DNA of 63,989 nt, the filler included, from Thelocarpon superellum (lineage: Eukaryota): assembly GCA_026025795.1 (NCBI GenBank). It is 5 parts of 5 records of this genome, joined end to end, with 100 filler letters (N's around TTAATTAATTAA, not from the genome) between each part and the next. Parts side by side here need not be neighbours in the genome. Positions count along the whole stretch, not along the records: positions 1 to 13,082 come from JAPEUG010000465.1; positions 13,183 to 26,229 come from JAPEUG010000466.1; 3 more parts are not named here. One strand, given 5' to 3'. The position numbers and the translations under genes were made by a program. The notes below the pieces were generated by a model. It worked only from the letters and a program-made list of their open reading frames with translations, searched no databases and had not been told where the DNA came from. This document shows, in pieces, positions 12,780 through 24,057 of this stretch (positions are counted from its first letter, which is position 1; the number at the start of each line of letters is the position of its first letter).

Positions 12780-13082
12780 CGTTGGCTGGACGGCGGTCAC
12801 GATGGCGATGGCGATGGCGGCGGGGCGGACTAGCGAGTGCACTGCTCGTCGATGAGGCCCTGGCCGGGGTTGACGAGCGATGGCTGGGTGAGATCGCTGG
12901 CGGCGCTACATGGTGCGTGCCGCCGTTGAGAAGCTTCGAGACGGGAAGCCTGTCAACCTGCACAGGGCTACGCCCAAGATGGCGATGGTGTTGCCCCCAA
13001 GTGCGAGATGGAAAGGGCATCTCATGGACGGAGTTCGGGGAACACGAGCTCCTGGAGTGAAGCTCGAGGTTACGGCTACGAT

Positions 13083-13182
13083 NNNNNNNNNNNNNNNNNN
13101 NNNNNNNNNNNNNNNNNNNNNNNNNNTTAATTAATTAANNNNNNNNNNNNNNNNNNNNNNNNNNNNNNNNNNNNNNNNNNNN
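13083..13182. other. Artificial contig linker (N44-TTAATTAATTAA-N44)
   Basis: 100-nt N run with a central six-frame-stop 12-mer. Confidence 0.97.
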
Positions 13183-14845
13183 GCTGGACGCCTTGTCGAC
13201 AGGCCTCGCCAACCCGGCCGCGTCAGGTCCGGCGTGGCAGGGCATCTTCAATATTCCGGTACATTCCGCTCCTCTTCTCATCGCCCGTGGCTCGGATGCT
13301 GACTGGCGACTTAGGTTTGTGACGTCGGTGGAGCCGCAATTGCCGGGATTCCCGATGCTCAATATATCCTGATGCCGTACAATGGCTGGGAAAGCCGCCC
13401 GCACTATTGTGGGGCCATCTGCTCCAACGACGTGGCCAAGACAAAGCGCTTCGTCACGGCCGCGAATATGGATAACTTCAAGTCCCCGACCCGCTACTGT
13501 CCAAAAGACAGCTCCCAGTCCTGGATGAATTGGCGTGCGTGATCGAAGCGGCGCCTGGGGCCGCCGGAAGAGCGGGGTGAACGTGTGCTGGTCGTTGGTG
13601 GAGAGGGGAAATGGTTCCGGCGTCGCGGCAATCCCGTTTCCAATTGTCCAGTCTCTTCATTCCTTCATGTATTGATCTTTGGAGGACCATTCTCGACCGT
13701 AGATACTACATTTTATCGCGGGGGTTTGACCAGCGAGCATGGTCTCAGATGTACGGGTACTCGGTTTCGTCCCCATTCAGACACCGTCATGTGACATCCG
13801 TTGGCCCGGAGAACGCCGAGAAGAGGCTCGAGAATGTCGCCCAAGCTCGCTCGCCAGTTAAGACACAGCTAGCCCGGGCAGGACGGCGTAGCGAAGATGA
13901 CACCGCCAAGCCGGACACCCCAGGGGCGGAACCCCTAGGGGTGGAACCCCTCGCCCCAGTGTCGGCCGGCTATCACCGGTAGATGGATGACCGCAGACTC
14001 TGTGCACGCCGACCATGGCACAAGATCTCATCTCAGACGCAGTTATCCTTGCTTTGTATTACGTCGCTGGCCATGCTGCCACTGGCTGCGGCATCTCTGC
14101 GGCGCCGGTGAGTGACCACAAGTTCCCCATGCTGGTTGCACCGGTCCTTCCGCCTGTTGCACATCTGTCCGCTCCGAGTCACTGTCCGAAAGGGTCATGA
14201 TGAAGTCACGTCGGACGTTCTGCTTGATCAAGTAGGACAGCATCTCACCATCAGCCCGCGATGCGCAAGCCATCCAAGACCATCGGTCGACACCCATCAC
14301 CCCCACTCCGGGGGTTTTCACCGTGATGGAGTCAGGTCATCTGCCACTCTGACGTGTTTCTCTCGCCGCTTTGGCCGCGCTGCACGGCGAGCAGCGGGCA
14401 GCGGGCAGCAGGCAGCAGCAGGGACAAGCATGCAGCATGTCAGAACCGGTGGATGCTACCACGGATACGCTGAGCCGATGGCATGTCGGGCATGTCGGAA
14501 GACTTGTTGCAGTTGCCTGTGGCCCTCCTGGTCACACCATCCATCAGATCATGGACCGTCGTGTCCACTCTCGCTGCAACCTGCCGTATCTCGCCTGGTG
14601 GTGAGACGGCACGAAGGGGATCGAGCTGAAAGGGGACCTTCCTGAACCGCCTTGCGTCCCGTTATGAATATCATCGCCGAGCAGTCGAGCCCTGGACGCT
14701 CCTTGGGCCGTCCGCTCTTCATCTCCCACCATCCCCCTTATTTCAGGCCGCGCGATTCGTGTGTTTTCAGTCGCAACACAGATCTATTTACATCGAGCAA
14801 TCATCTACACGTGCCATTCTCATCACCACTCCGAACCTTGACACG

Positions 14846-17644
14846 ATGAAGCAGCCCGCGCACAACCTCCTGCAGGTCCTCAAGATCGCTGCGTCCGAGC
14901 CGGATGCCGGCATCACCATCTATCCGCCGGGCAGCGCGGGCAAAACCGGTGCGGAACGCCGCCTGACCTATGCCGACCTCCTAGATCGCGCGCAGGCCAA
15001 AGCGGCGCTCATCCACCAGATTGATGGCACCACCCCAGCTTCCATCATCCTTCTCCATTTCGACAACCACTGGGATAGTCTTGAGTGGTTCTGGGCGGTC
15101 GTCGCCGCCGGCTTCCTCCCGGCCATCTCCACGCCCTTTGTCAACGACCTGGACCAGCGTCGGAAGCATCTCCTTCATCTCCAGACCCTGCTGAAGGCCC
15201 CCGTGGTCCTCACGACGAAGAAGCTCGTGCCGGAATTTCTCGGTCTCGAGCAATTGAAACTGCGGCCCGTCGAGGACCTCCGCGCTTGTGAAGGTGCCGG
15301 GGTCACGGGAGGCCCAGACGGCAGCACCAAGGAACCCGACGACCGCGCCGTGCTCATGTTGACGTCGGGGAGCACGGGTCATGCCAAGGCCGTGAGTCTT
15401 CGACACGGACAGATGATCAAGGCGGTGCAAGGGAAGAGCGCCTTCCACGGCATCACGCCCGCTGACCCGTTCCTGAACTGGATCGGCTTGGATCACGTCG
15501 CCGACTTGACCGAGGTGCATTTGCAGGCCATGCAGCTGTGCGCCGACCAGGTGCACGTCCAGGCCGCCGACCTTCTGGTCGAGCCATTGATCTTCCTCCG
15601 CCTGCTCCAGAAACACCGAGTGGGCTACACCTTTGCTCCCAACTTTTTCCTGGCGGCGCTGCGACGGTGTCTGGATGAGGGCAAGGCGGCGAGCCCGGCG
15701 GCGGCCGAGTCTTTTGACCTCTCGTCTGTGAAGAAGATCATTTCCGGGGGCGAGGCAACCGTGGTCGAGACGTGCGCGGGCCTGGCGGCTCACTTTCGGG
15801 ACTTTCGGGTCCAGCAGGACATCATCAGTCCGGGATTCGGGATGACGGAAACGTGCGCCGGGTCCATCTACAACACGGCTTGCCCCACCTACGACCTAGC
15901 CCACACCTTGGAGTTTAGCTCCTTGGGTACATGCATTCCCGGCTTGACCTTACGTGTCGTCGACGGCCAAGGACAGGCGACGGCGGTCGATGAGGTGGGC
16001 GATCTGCAGCTCTCGGGTCCCATCCTCTTCCGGGAGTATTATAACAATCCGGCGGCGACGGCGGAGGCCTTCACCTCCGACGGCTGGTTCATCACCGGCG
16101 ACCGCGCCACGATTGACGCCGACGGGAACCTGAATCTGGCCGGCCGCACCAAGGAGAGCATCATCATCAACGGGGTCAAGTATTTTCCGCACGAGCTCGA
16201 GGTGGCCATCGAGGCGGCCGAGGTCCCTGGCATCACCCCCTCGTACACCGTGGTCTTCCCACACCGCCCGCGTGGCTTCCAGACCGAGGTGCTCTGCGTC
16301 GTGTACCTGCCGACGTACGAGGCGCACGACGTGGCCAGCCGGACCGAAACGGCTGATGCCATCGCCAAGGTGTCGGGTCTGATCTGCGGCGTGCGGCCGC
16401 ACGAGATCATTCCGCTGGAGCAACGATTCTTGCCCAAGTCGTCCCTCGGCAAGCTCTCGCGTGCCAAGATCCGCACCGCCTTCGAGAGCGGCGAGTACCA
16501 GACCATTCAAGATGCAAACCACCAGGCCATCCAGGCGTACCGTCGCGCGCGGCGCGAGAAACCCGGCAGCGAGCTCGAACAGACGGTGCTCAGCGTGTTT
16601 GGCGACATGTTCCAGCTGCCGGCCGACGAGATCGGCGTCGACAGCAGCCTCTTTGATCTCGGGGTCAGCTCGATCGACCTCATCAGCTTCAAGCAACGGC
16701 TGGAGAAGCGGCTGGGGCTGACGACGGAGATACCACTGATCACGGTCTTGACCCACCCGACGATCCGCGGCATGAGCCAGGCGTTGGAGGACCTGCAGAA
16801 GCCGCACGAGTACAGCCCGGTGGTGCCGCTCCAGACGCGCGGCGACAAGACGCCGCTGTGGATGGTGCATCCGGGCGTGGGCGAGGTGCTGGTCTTCCTC
16901 AACCTGGCCAAATACGTGACGGACCGTCCCATCTACGCGCTTCGGGCGCGCGGCTTCGACGAGGGCGAGGCCTTCTTCAAGGACATCCCCGACGTGGTCG
17001 AGACCTACCACGCGCACATGAAGCGGGTCCAGCCCACGGGGCCGTACGCCATCGCCGGCTATTCCTTTGGCGCGATGCTGGCCTTTGAGGTGAGCAAGCG
17101 GCTGGAGCGCCAGGGCGACGAGGTGAAGTTCCTGGGCTCCTTCAACCTGCCACCGCACATCAAATATCGCATGCAGCAGCTTGACTGGACCGAGGTGGTG
17201 CTCAACCTGTCCTACTTCTTGGATCTCATCTCGGAGGAGTACGCGCACGAGGTGTCGGCGGAGATGCATCGACGGACGCCGGAAGAGGTGCTGGACCACC
17301 TCATGCGCCTGGCGCCGCCGGCGCGGCTGGAGGAGCTGTCGTTGACCAAGCAGAAGCTGTCGACGTGGGCTTCGCTCGCGGAGAATCTGCAGGCGGCGGC
17401 GCGCAACTACGACCCCTCGGGCTCGGTCGCGTGCATCGACGTCTTCTTCGCCATCCCGCTCAAGGCGGTGGCGAAGAACAAGCAGGACTGGGTGCAGAAC
17501 TACCTCAGCAAGTGGAAGGACTTCTCCCGCTCCGCCCCGCGCTACCACGAGGTCAATGGGGCGCACTACACGATGATGGGCCCCGAACACATTCTCTCCT
17601 TTCAGAAGAAGTTGAAGGCCGTCTTGCACGAGCGGGGGTTGTAG
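14846..17644 (+). CDS. NRPS-like A-T-TE arylpyruvate-dimerising synthetase, quinone-synthetase type (atromentin/polyporic acid synthetase-like)
   Basis: Intronless, 932 aa from ATG 14846. A domain: LTSGSTGHAK, WIGLDHVA (Val in place of the amino-binding Asp), GFGMTETCAG, WFITGD, LPKSSLGK. T domain: FDLGVSSIDL. TE domain: GYSFG, GSFNLPPH, GAHYTM. No C domain. Confidence 0.93.
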   Translation: MKQPAHNLLQVLKIAASEPDAGITIYPPGSAGKTGAERRLTYADLLDRAQAKAALIHQIDGTTPASIILLHFDNHWDSLEWFWAVVAAGFLPAISTPFVNDLDQRRKHLLHLQTLLKAPVVLTTKKLVPEFLGLEQLKLRPVEDLRACEGAGVTGGPDGSTKEPDDRAVLMLTSGSTGHAKAVSLRHGQMIKAVQGKSAFHGITPADPFLNWIGLDHVADLTEVHLQAMQLCADQVHVQAADLLVEPLIFLRLLQKHRVGYTFAPNFFLAALRRCLDEGKAASPAAAESFDLSSVKKIISGGEATVVETCAGLAAHFRDFRVQQDIISPGFGMTETCAGSIYNTACPTYDLAHTLEFSSLGTCIPGLTLRVVDGQGQATAVDEVGDLQLSGPILFREYYNNPAATAEAFTSDGWFITGDRATIDADGNLNLAGRTKESIIINGVKYFPHELEVAIEAAEVPGITPSYTVVFPHRPRGFQTEVLCVVYLPTYEAHDVASRTETADAIAKVSGLICGVRPHEIIPLEQRFLPKSSLGKLSRAKIRTAFESGEYQTIQDANHQAIQAYRRARREKPGSELEQTVLSVFGDMFQLPADEIGVDSSLFDLGVSSIDLISFKQRLEKRLGLTTEIPLITVLTHPTIRGMSQALEDLQKPHEYSPVVPLQTRGDKTPLWMVHPGVGEVLVFLNLAKYVTDRPIYALRARGFDEGEAFFKDIPDVVETYHAHMKRVQPTGPYAIAGYSFGAMLAFEVSKRLERQGDEVKFLGSFNLPPHIKYRMQQLDWTEVVLNLSYFLDLISEEYAHEVSAEMHRRTPEEVLDHLMRLAPPARLEELSLTKQKLSTWASLAENLQAAARNYDPSGSVACIDVFFAIPLKAVAKNKQDWVQNYLSKWKDFSRSAPRYHEVNGAHYTMMGPEHILSFQKKLKAVLHERGL

Positions 17645-19130
17645 GCCAGGCGTCTGAGGAGATCCGACATGCGCGCTCGTCTGCGGCCAACCTTTCTTCC
17701 TCCTCGCCCCTCGTTTTGTGACCACTGCCGTCCACTGGCACTTTCCTTTTCAGAAATAGATTCGCCGTACACGTACACGTGCGCCCTGCGCCATCTCCAA
17801 TTAGACTTTGCCCGTCGAGCCTGGCTCACAATCCGGTGCGGGGGGTGACATCTCCATGGCTCACGGTGATGGGTGGTGGGCGTAGCTCCATCTACGCGGT
17901 GGAAGATGCCGCCCGTAGCCGCACAGCCGCCGACGTGAGACCTCCTGATCCACGACACACGAGAGTGGCAGCGACTCGTGGCGGAGGCAGCAGAGACAGC
18001 CTGGCTGGCACGAGATGACGAGGCCCTGCATGAGGCTGGCGGGCTCTCATCCCGTTGGTGCCACGAGGTGCAGCTTGGCGTGAGACCCGGGCGCTTCCAG
18101 ACGCATCATCCGTCCTTTCGGCCCCTCTCGACCTCACCACTAGCGATGATGGTATCACGCGAATCTCATCTCGACCCGGCGAGCCACCGATGCCTCATGC
18201 ATCATGTACCATGCAGGCCACGATGCCCACGCCGCTCAGCCGATCTGCGGCGGCATGGTCCCGGGCCTGATCGTCGTCGTCGGCGTCATGGTGGTGGTAA
18301 GAGCGTCGGGGGCCGAGCTGAAAGAGTGCCTTGACGTCCAGCGCCGCCCACGGGTGCATCGGGCTCAGGGGCCAAGCCGCTTTACGTTGCACAAGAAGAC
18401 AGATTGAGGTCCTTATCAGGTCACCAAGATGGATTCCGTGCAGGAACCCGTGGGAGTCCCGGTCCTGCCATCGTCGTACCCCGGGCACGTTGACGGAGGC
18501 TTCGGCGCTCCTCGGAAGCCACACGCTCTGGTCTGACTCATGTCCGTTGGCCTGACTCTCTCGAAGTCCACGAGGAGGATGAGATTCATCAGCACGCGGC
18601 GAATCTCACCGCTGCCACATTCTCTACGGGGCCGGTATCCTGCCTGCTCCTGTCATCGCGTCATGGATGGCGATGGACGAGATGTCCGTGCTCGGACGTG
18701 ACGTGCAAGCTGGCGCTCGAGGCGTCGTGGTCCTCCCCCTTTGGTTCGCTCGACAAGACATCTCTCGGTGCAAATGTCCTGAAAGGGCACCGTCCACGCA
18801 TCCACCATTGCCGTGTGAGTGCGAGGTTGCACCGGTGGCTGAGGACGTCTCGCTCAGCCCTGATGGCTCCTTTTCCCACTGACGTCAAGACGGAGCAGGC
18901 TGTGGCATTCACGCGCGGTTCTCCGGTGATGAGATTGCGTCTCTTCCTCTTCTCTCCCGCCACTATATGGCTAGCGCTCGTCCGGCCTGGTGAAGATGCA
19001 ATGGCTTCATGTCTTACTCCTGTCACTTGCTAGTCGCCGCACCTCGTGGACGAAGATATTTTCGATCTCGATCAACTCGAGAGAATCCGACGCCCTTGTT
19101 CCCGAACCCCTTCCCCTCCAATTGCCCACC

Positions 19131-21786
19131 ATGCTGTTCTTCGCGCTTCCCACGCTCACGATGCTGCCCTTCGTGCTGATCATCCTGGCGGTCACGTCGG
19201 CCCGTGGCGATACGCTGACGCAACAGGCCACAAACGGTGATTGCCCTCTGTCGTACGACTTGACCTTTTTGGACACTCACCCATTACCCTGGCGCTAGGT
19301 CTCTCCTTGCTCGGAACGCTGAATGCCTCGACGCTGCCGCAGTCGCTCAATGCGGGTAGTGTACGTTACCCGTCCTGAGCTTCTCGAATGGCGCCTAATC
19401 CACCTGGCAGTCTTTCCCCGTCGCCTTTCCTTGGGGACAAGCCACGGCGTCCAACACGAATCCCTCTACCGACGCGCCCAATACCGGTGGGTGGCGGCAG
19501 CCGGCTGGCTCTGGCAGTCAACGCTGATCTTGCAAAAGGTGTGATTCGCAAGTATGATTTCACCATCTCCCGGGGTCAATTGGCCCCGGATGGGTATCTG
19601 AAGGACGTTGTTCTCATCAATGGAATGTATCCGGGGGTGAGTGATGTTGTTCGTCAAGCGATGTCCAGGTATCCAGGCACTGATTGGTTCCAGCCTCTCA
19701 TCGAAGCCAATTGGGGCGATACCATTCAAGTGACCGTTCACAACAACATCTCCGCACCGCAAGAAGGCACTTCTCTCCACTGGTATGGCCCACTGATCTT
19801 ATTGTGGCCGAAAACGCACTAATCAGAACAGGCACGGGTGGGTTCTAGGACGAGGCGGCAGCATTGGGCGTCGACTGACGCTGTCCAGGTTCCTCCAGTC
19901 GGAGACTCCGTGGTATGATGGCGTCCCCTCGGTACAGCAGTGCCCGATCGCTCCCGGGTCGAGCTTCACCTATAAGTTTCGCGCCGAGCTGTATGGAACG
20001 ACGTGGTAGGCAAGTCGGACGACTTGGTCAGGACGACGGTTGACCCAGGCTGCTAGGTATCACTCGCACTACTCAGCACAGGTAGGACGCATCTTCTCAT
20101 GAGATCGAATCCATCTAATGATTCTAGTATGCGGCAGGCGTCAACGGGCGTATGTATCGGGAGTCGAACATGTTTGGTCAGGTACTCACAATGGACAGCT
20201 TTGATCGTCTATGGACCAACGCAGGTTCCATACGACACTGACCTGGGTCCCGTGTTCATCAATGACTGGTACCACGAGTGCGTTGAGAGGCTCCTCGAGG
20301 GAATGCGAATAGTAACAGCGGAACAGAGACTATTTTGATTTGGTCAAGCTGGTCACGCAGATCGGCGGGAGCCTGACCATTGTGCGTCTACCGTTCCATT
20401 CATCATCCGACCTAACTCCATGTGTAGCCTACGCCGCTTGCGCCCAACTCGGACAACAACTTGATCAACGGGAAGATGAATTTCAGCTGCCCGTCGGTCA
20501 CGGATGGCACGCCCTGTCTGTGATCTCTCCTTTCTCACTTAACGCACGTCTGACCCATGCGACAGGCACGAACAACGCCCCGCTATCGAAGTTCAAGTTT
20601 CAGAGTGGCAAGACTCATCGACTGCGATTGATCAACTCTGGGGCCGAGGGGATCCAAAAGTTTAGCATCGATAACCACACGCTGACGGTGATCTCCAACG
20701 ACTTTGTGCCGATCCAACCGTACAACACCAAGATTGTGACCTTGGGGGTGGGTGGATACACGCGTGCACATCTGATGGAAGAGAGGGACTGACACGCGCA
20801 GATTGGCCAACGCGTTGACATCATCGTCAAAGCCACGGGGAAGCCCACCGATGCCGTGTGGATGCGTTCGTTCATCACGGCCTGCGCAACAGCGAACCAG
20901 CCTCTGGCCTTGGCCGAAGTGTTCTACGAGAAGGCCAACATGACTGATACTCCGAAGACTACGGCATGGAACGACACGACCGACCCATGCGCGAACGTGA
21001 GTTCCACCACCCGTCTCATGGCCGCTCCGTCGCATCTCTTCCAAGGCCCATCTGACATCCATCCGATGCAGGACCCGCTCAACGAGACCGTGCCCGTGTA
21101 CCCCATGACGCCAGACCCCCACCCCGCCACGACACAGGTCATCACCATCTCCGGCGGGTTCAACTCGTCGGATCACTTCAACTTCTTCATGAACAACGTG
21201 ACCTTCCGCGCGGACTACAACCAGCCGATCCTCGGCCTCTCGCAAGCGGGCAACGACAGCTATCCCTACGACCCCAACTGGAATGTGTACGACTTTGGCA
21301 GCAATAAGACGATTCGCTTTATCGTCTACAACAACTTCCCGGCGGCACATCCAATGCATATGCACGGGCATAACATGTACATCCTGGCCACGGGGCCGGG
21401 GCTGTCGTGGGACGGCACGGTGACGAATCCTTCGAACCCGCTGCGTCGCGACGTGCAGATGCTCCCGGCCTTTTCCCACATGGTCGTGCAGATTGATGCG
21501 GACAATCCAGGCGTCTGGCCGTTTCATTGCCACATTGCCTGGCATGTTTCGCAGGGACTGTACATCAACATCCTGGTGGGTCACATCTGGCATCTGGCAT
21601 CTGCCTTCCATCATTTGCCTTTGCATGAGCGAAGAGCGCGAACGACTGACGCACATCGGTACTTAGGAACGGCCGCGCGACATCCAGAAATACACGCCCA
21701 TTCCCGGCGTCTTGAAGCAGACGTGTAAAGCATGGAATGCCTTTTCGGCCACGGGCTATGATGGGGAGATTGATTCAGGGTTGTGA
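19131..21786 (+). CDS. Secreted multicopper oxidase / ascomycete laccase (AA1), ~15 introns
   Basis: Signal peptide [21 protein letters not shown]. Copper motifs HWHG (split by a 6-nt exon), [18 protein letters not shown] and [15 protein letters not shown]. Ends in the ascomycete laccase signature DSGL* (TGA 21784-21786). Confidence 0.92.
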
Positions 21787-24057
21787 ATGGAGAGTGACAT
21801 TGCGGGCAGACTGCTACTAGACTGACTGAACTGGGGGAAGTGTGATGAAGAGCGAACTGAACAACCACGACACCTGTCACCACGGAGCAAAAAGGAGACG
21901 TGACAAATAGACCGATATGACATTACATGAGAGTGAGAATGGGGAAGACGAAGAGGAAGACCGTAAACCTGTCTAGGTCACCGCCTTTCCAGTACTCCAG
22001 TACAAGGGGTCGAATCACGAGATGGGGTAGTTGGAAGGGGCGACAATCCCGCTACGGGTCACGTGGGACGGATGCCTCAAGCAGTAGAGTATCGCAGGTC
22101 AAGACGGCATGGCTCTCTTCAAGACTGGCGCTTTTCTCCTCTTCCGCATGAGTCACGACAGACGAGCGAGGAGAAAAGAGCCCGGTGGTCCGACGGGAAA
22201 CTAGTCCAATGAAATTCCCTGACACACATTATAGTAACAACCAGTCGGGAGAGGAACAGAAGGGGGCGGACTCGCATCCGAGAAGAGGAAGGTAACAACC
22301 TGTCGAGTCGAACATGTCTTGAACTTCCGTCCTGTGCCGTACTGTACTGTATCCAAGGTACGACGCAACGCGACGAAGTAGTCACAAAGGTCGCGCGTGT
22401 GTTTTCTTCTCGTGTTCATGTTCGTATCCACCACGCCCCGCCCCGTGTCGTATCGTGCTAACTAGTTGCTTAGGTAGTGCTCGTGTAAGCGACGGGGCAT
22501 GGAGTGACGAGTCCCGTCTTGTCTTCCTCGAAGAAGGGCCGGAGGAAGGAGTGTTGGGGGCATGACGGACGGGACGGGACGGGCGATGGTAGAATAACTC
22601 CAGTACGACACTGATGGCACGATGGCACGAGCAAGGACAGGGAGGGGAGGGGAGGGCAGACACAGCGTCGGTCAGTCATGGTGTCACGGTAGTAGCTGGG
22701 CGATGATAGGTGAATCTGCGGCTGCGTCGTACTCCTCGTCTACGTATGAGAGGAGGTGAGCTCTTCCGGTCGTACAACGTAGAGACCGAGTGGTCTCGAA
22801 ACGAAGTCACAGAAGTCACACAGGATATGCTTTACCCCCGTCAGACAACTTCAAGAAGCAAGGCCAGCAGTGGTACCCCCCACCCTCTCCTGACCCGGCC
22901 CCACAGCGCCCGAACCTTTTGGCGGCTGATCCTCCCCTTTTCGTGCATATCAGATACATAATCCATCGTCATCGTCGTCGTCGTTGTCACCATTGTTGGA
23001 TGCACCATGGTTTCCTGTATCTTACTGGCACTAACAGTCCTTCATAAGATACGTGACGTATCGTCGGACGTATTGCTGCACCCGCACGCGCCTCTTCCTC
23101 TCCGCGGACCTTCATCACACATAGACATTCATCCAGATGCGAGAGACAGACGTACTGTGCCTATCCGCAAGGGACTTGCATACGTCACGACCGACCCACT
23201 TACCCACCTACCCACCCATACACTATGCGGTACTCCAACTCAGTCGTACTCCTCGTTACCTCGAGCTTGTGTCACGGTCTTTCCCCCGGTTCTTGGATGG
23301 TATCCTCATCCGTGGCTGGATCATGTACTCGTCCGCCGATTGAACCGAGACTTGTCCTCGCACGCGTAACCATAGGCGTATCAGCCAGCATCATGAACCG
23401 GGCGAAAAGGACTGAAAGGAGGGGACGACGATTGGTTGAAGATTGATCCAGAACGTCCCCCACCAGATCGTCCATCTTCCTCTTCCCCCCCACCCCCCTG
23501 TCGTGGATCATGATCGGCGTCAAGCACGACCCCTGGATTCGGACGAAGGCCTTGTCGGAGCAGTCGGCCTCCGACCTATACCCCACGAACACGATACTTG
23601 CCAAGGAAAGAGAAAGGAGGTAAGAGACATGGCACAGTTCTCTCTGGTGCTCCCGCTCTGTGGCCGCTGTCTGCCTTCCGTCGTCCGTCGTCCGTATTTG
23701 TCCGCGGCCCGTCCCCCACTGCCAGTGTTCCGTCCGTAGCAGTCCGGGTCCGTCGTCCGTGGCCCCGACTCCGACTCCGTTGCCGACGCCGGTGCCGGCC
23801 GAGGGGGTAAATGCCACGCCGCGGGGTAGTATAGACGAGGGGGGGAAACCTTGGCTTCCAATCAGGGCAATGATCTCATGATCAAACCGCTTGAACCTTG
23901 AACCTTGGATTGAAGATATATAGAACCATAGATAGATCACTAACATCACTCACCACCGTGATCCATCCTCGAGTGCCAACGAGTTCAACCCATCGCTTCG
24001 TGCCAGTCGCAACAGCTGATATCTTCAGACCAAATTTCTTCACGAATCCCTCCCACC

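Noticed and set aside
13127..13138. TTAATTAATTAA palindrome recurring about every 13 kb
   Set aside because: It is a synthetic six-frame-stop linker inside N runs, not a biological repeat.
15950..17725. 591-aa antisense ORF over the NRPS-like gene, and similar long antisense ORFs over SPT16, TBC and the ferritin-like gene
   Set aside because: These are shadow ORFs caused by high GC3 codon bias; they have no motifs of their own.
21787..24057. Hidden fourth cluster gene between the laccase and the methyltransferase (e.g. ORF 23272-23949)
   Set aside because: I found no recognisable motifs or coding-like codon bias; the region is simple-repeat-rich intergenic and promoter sequence.
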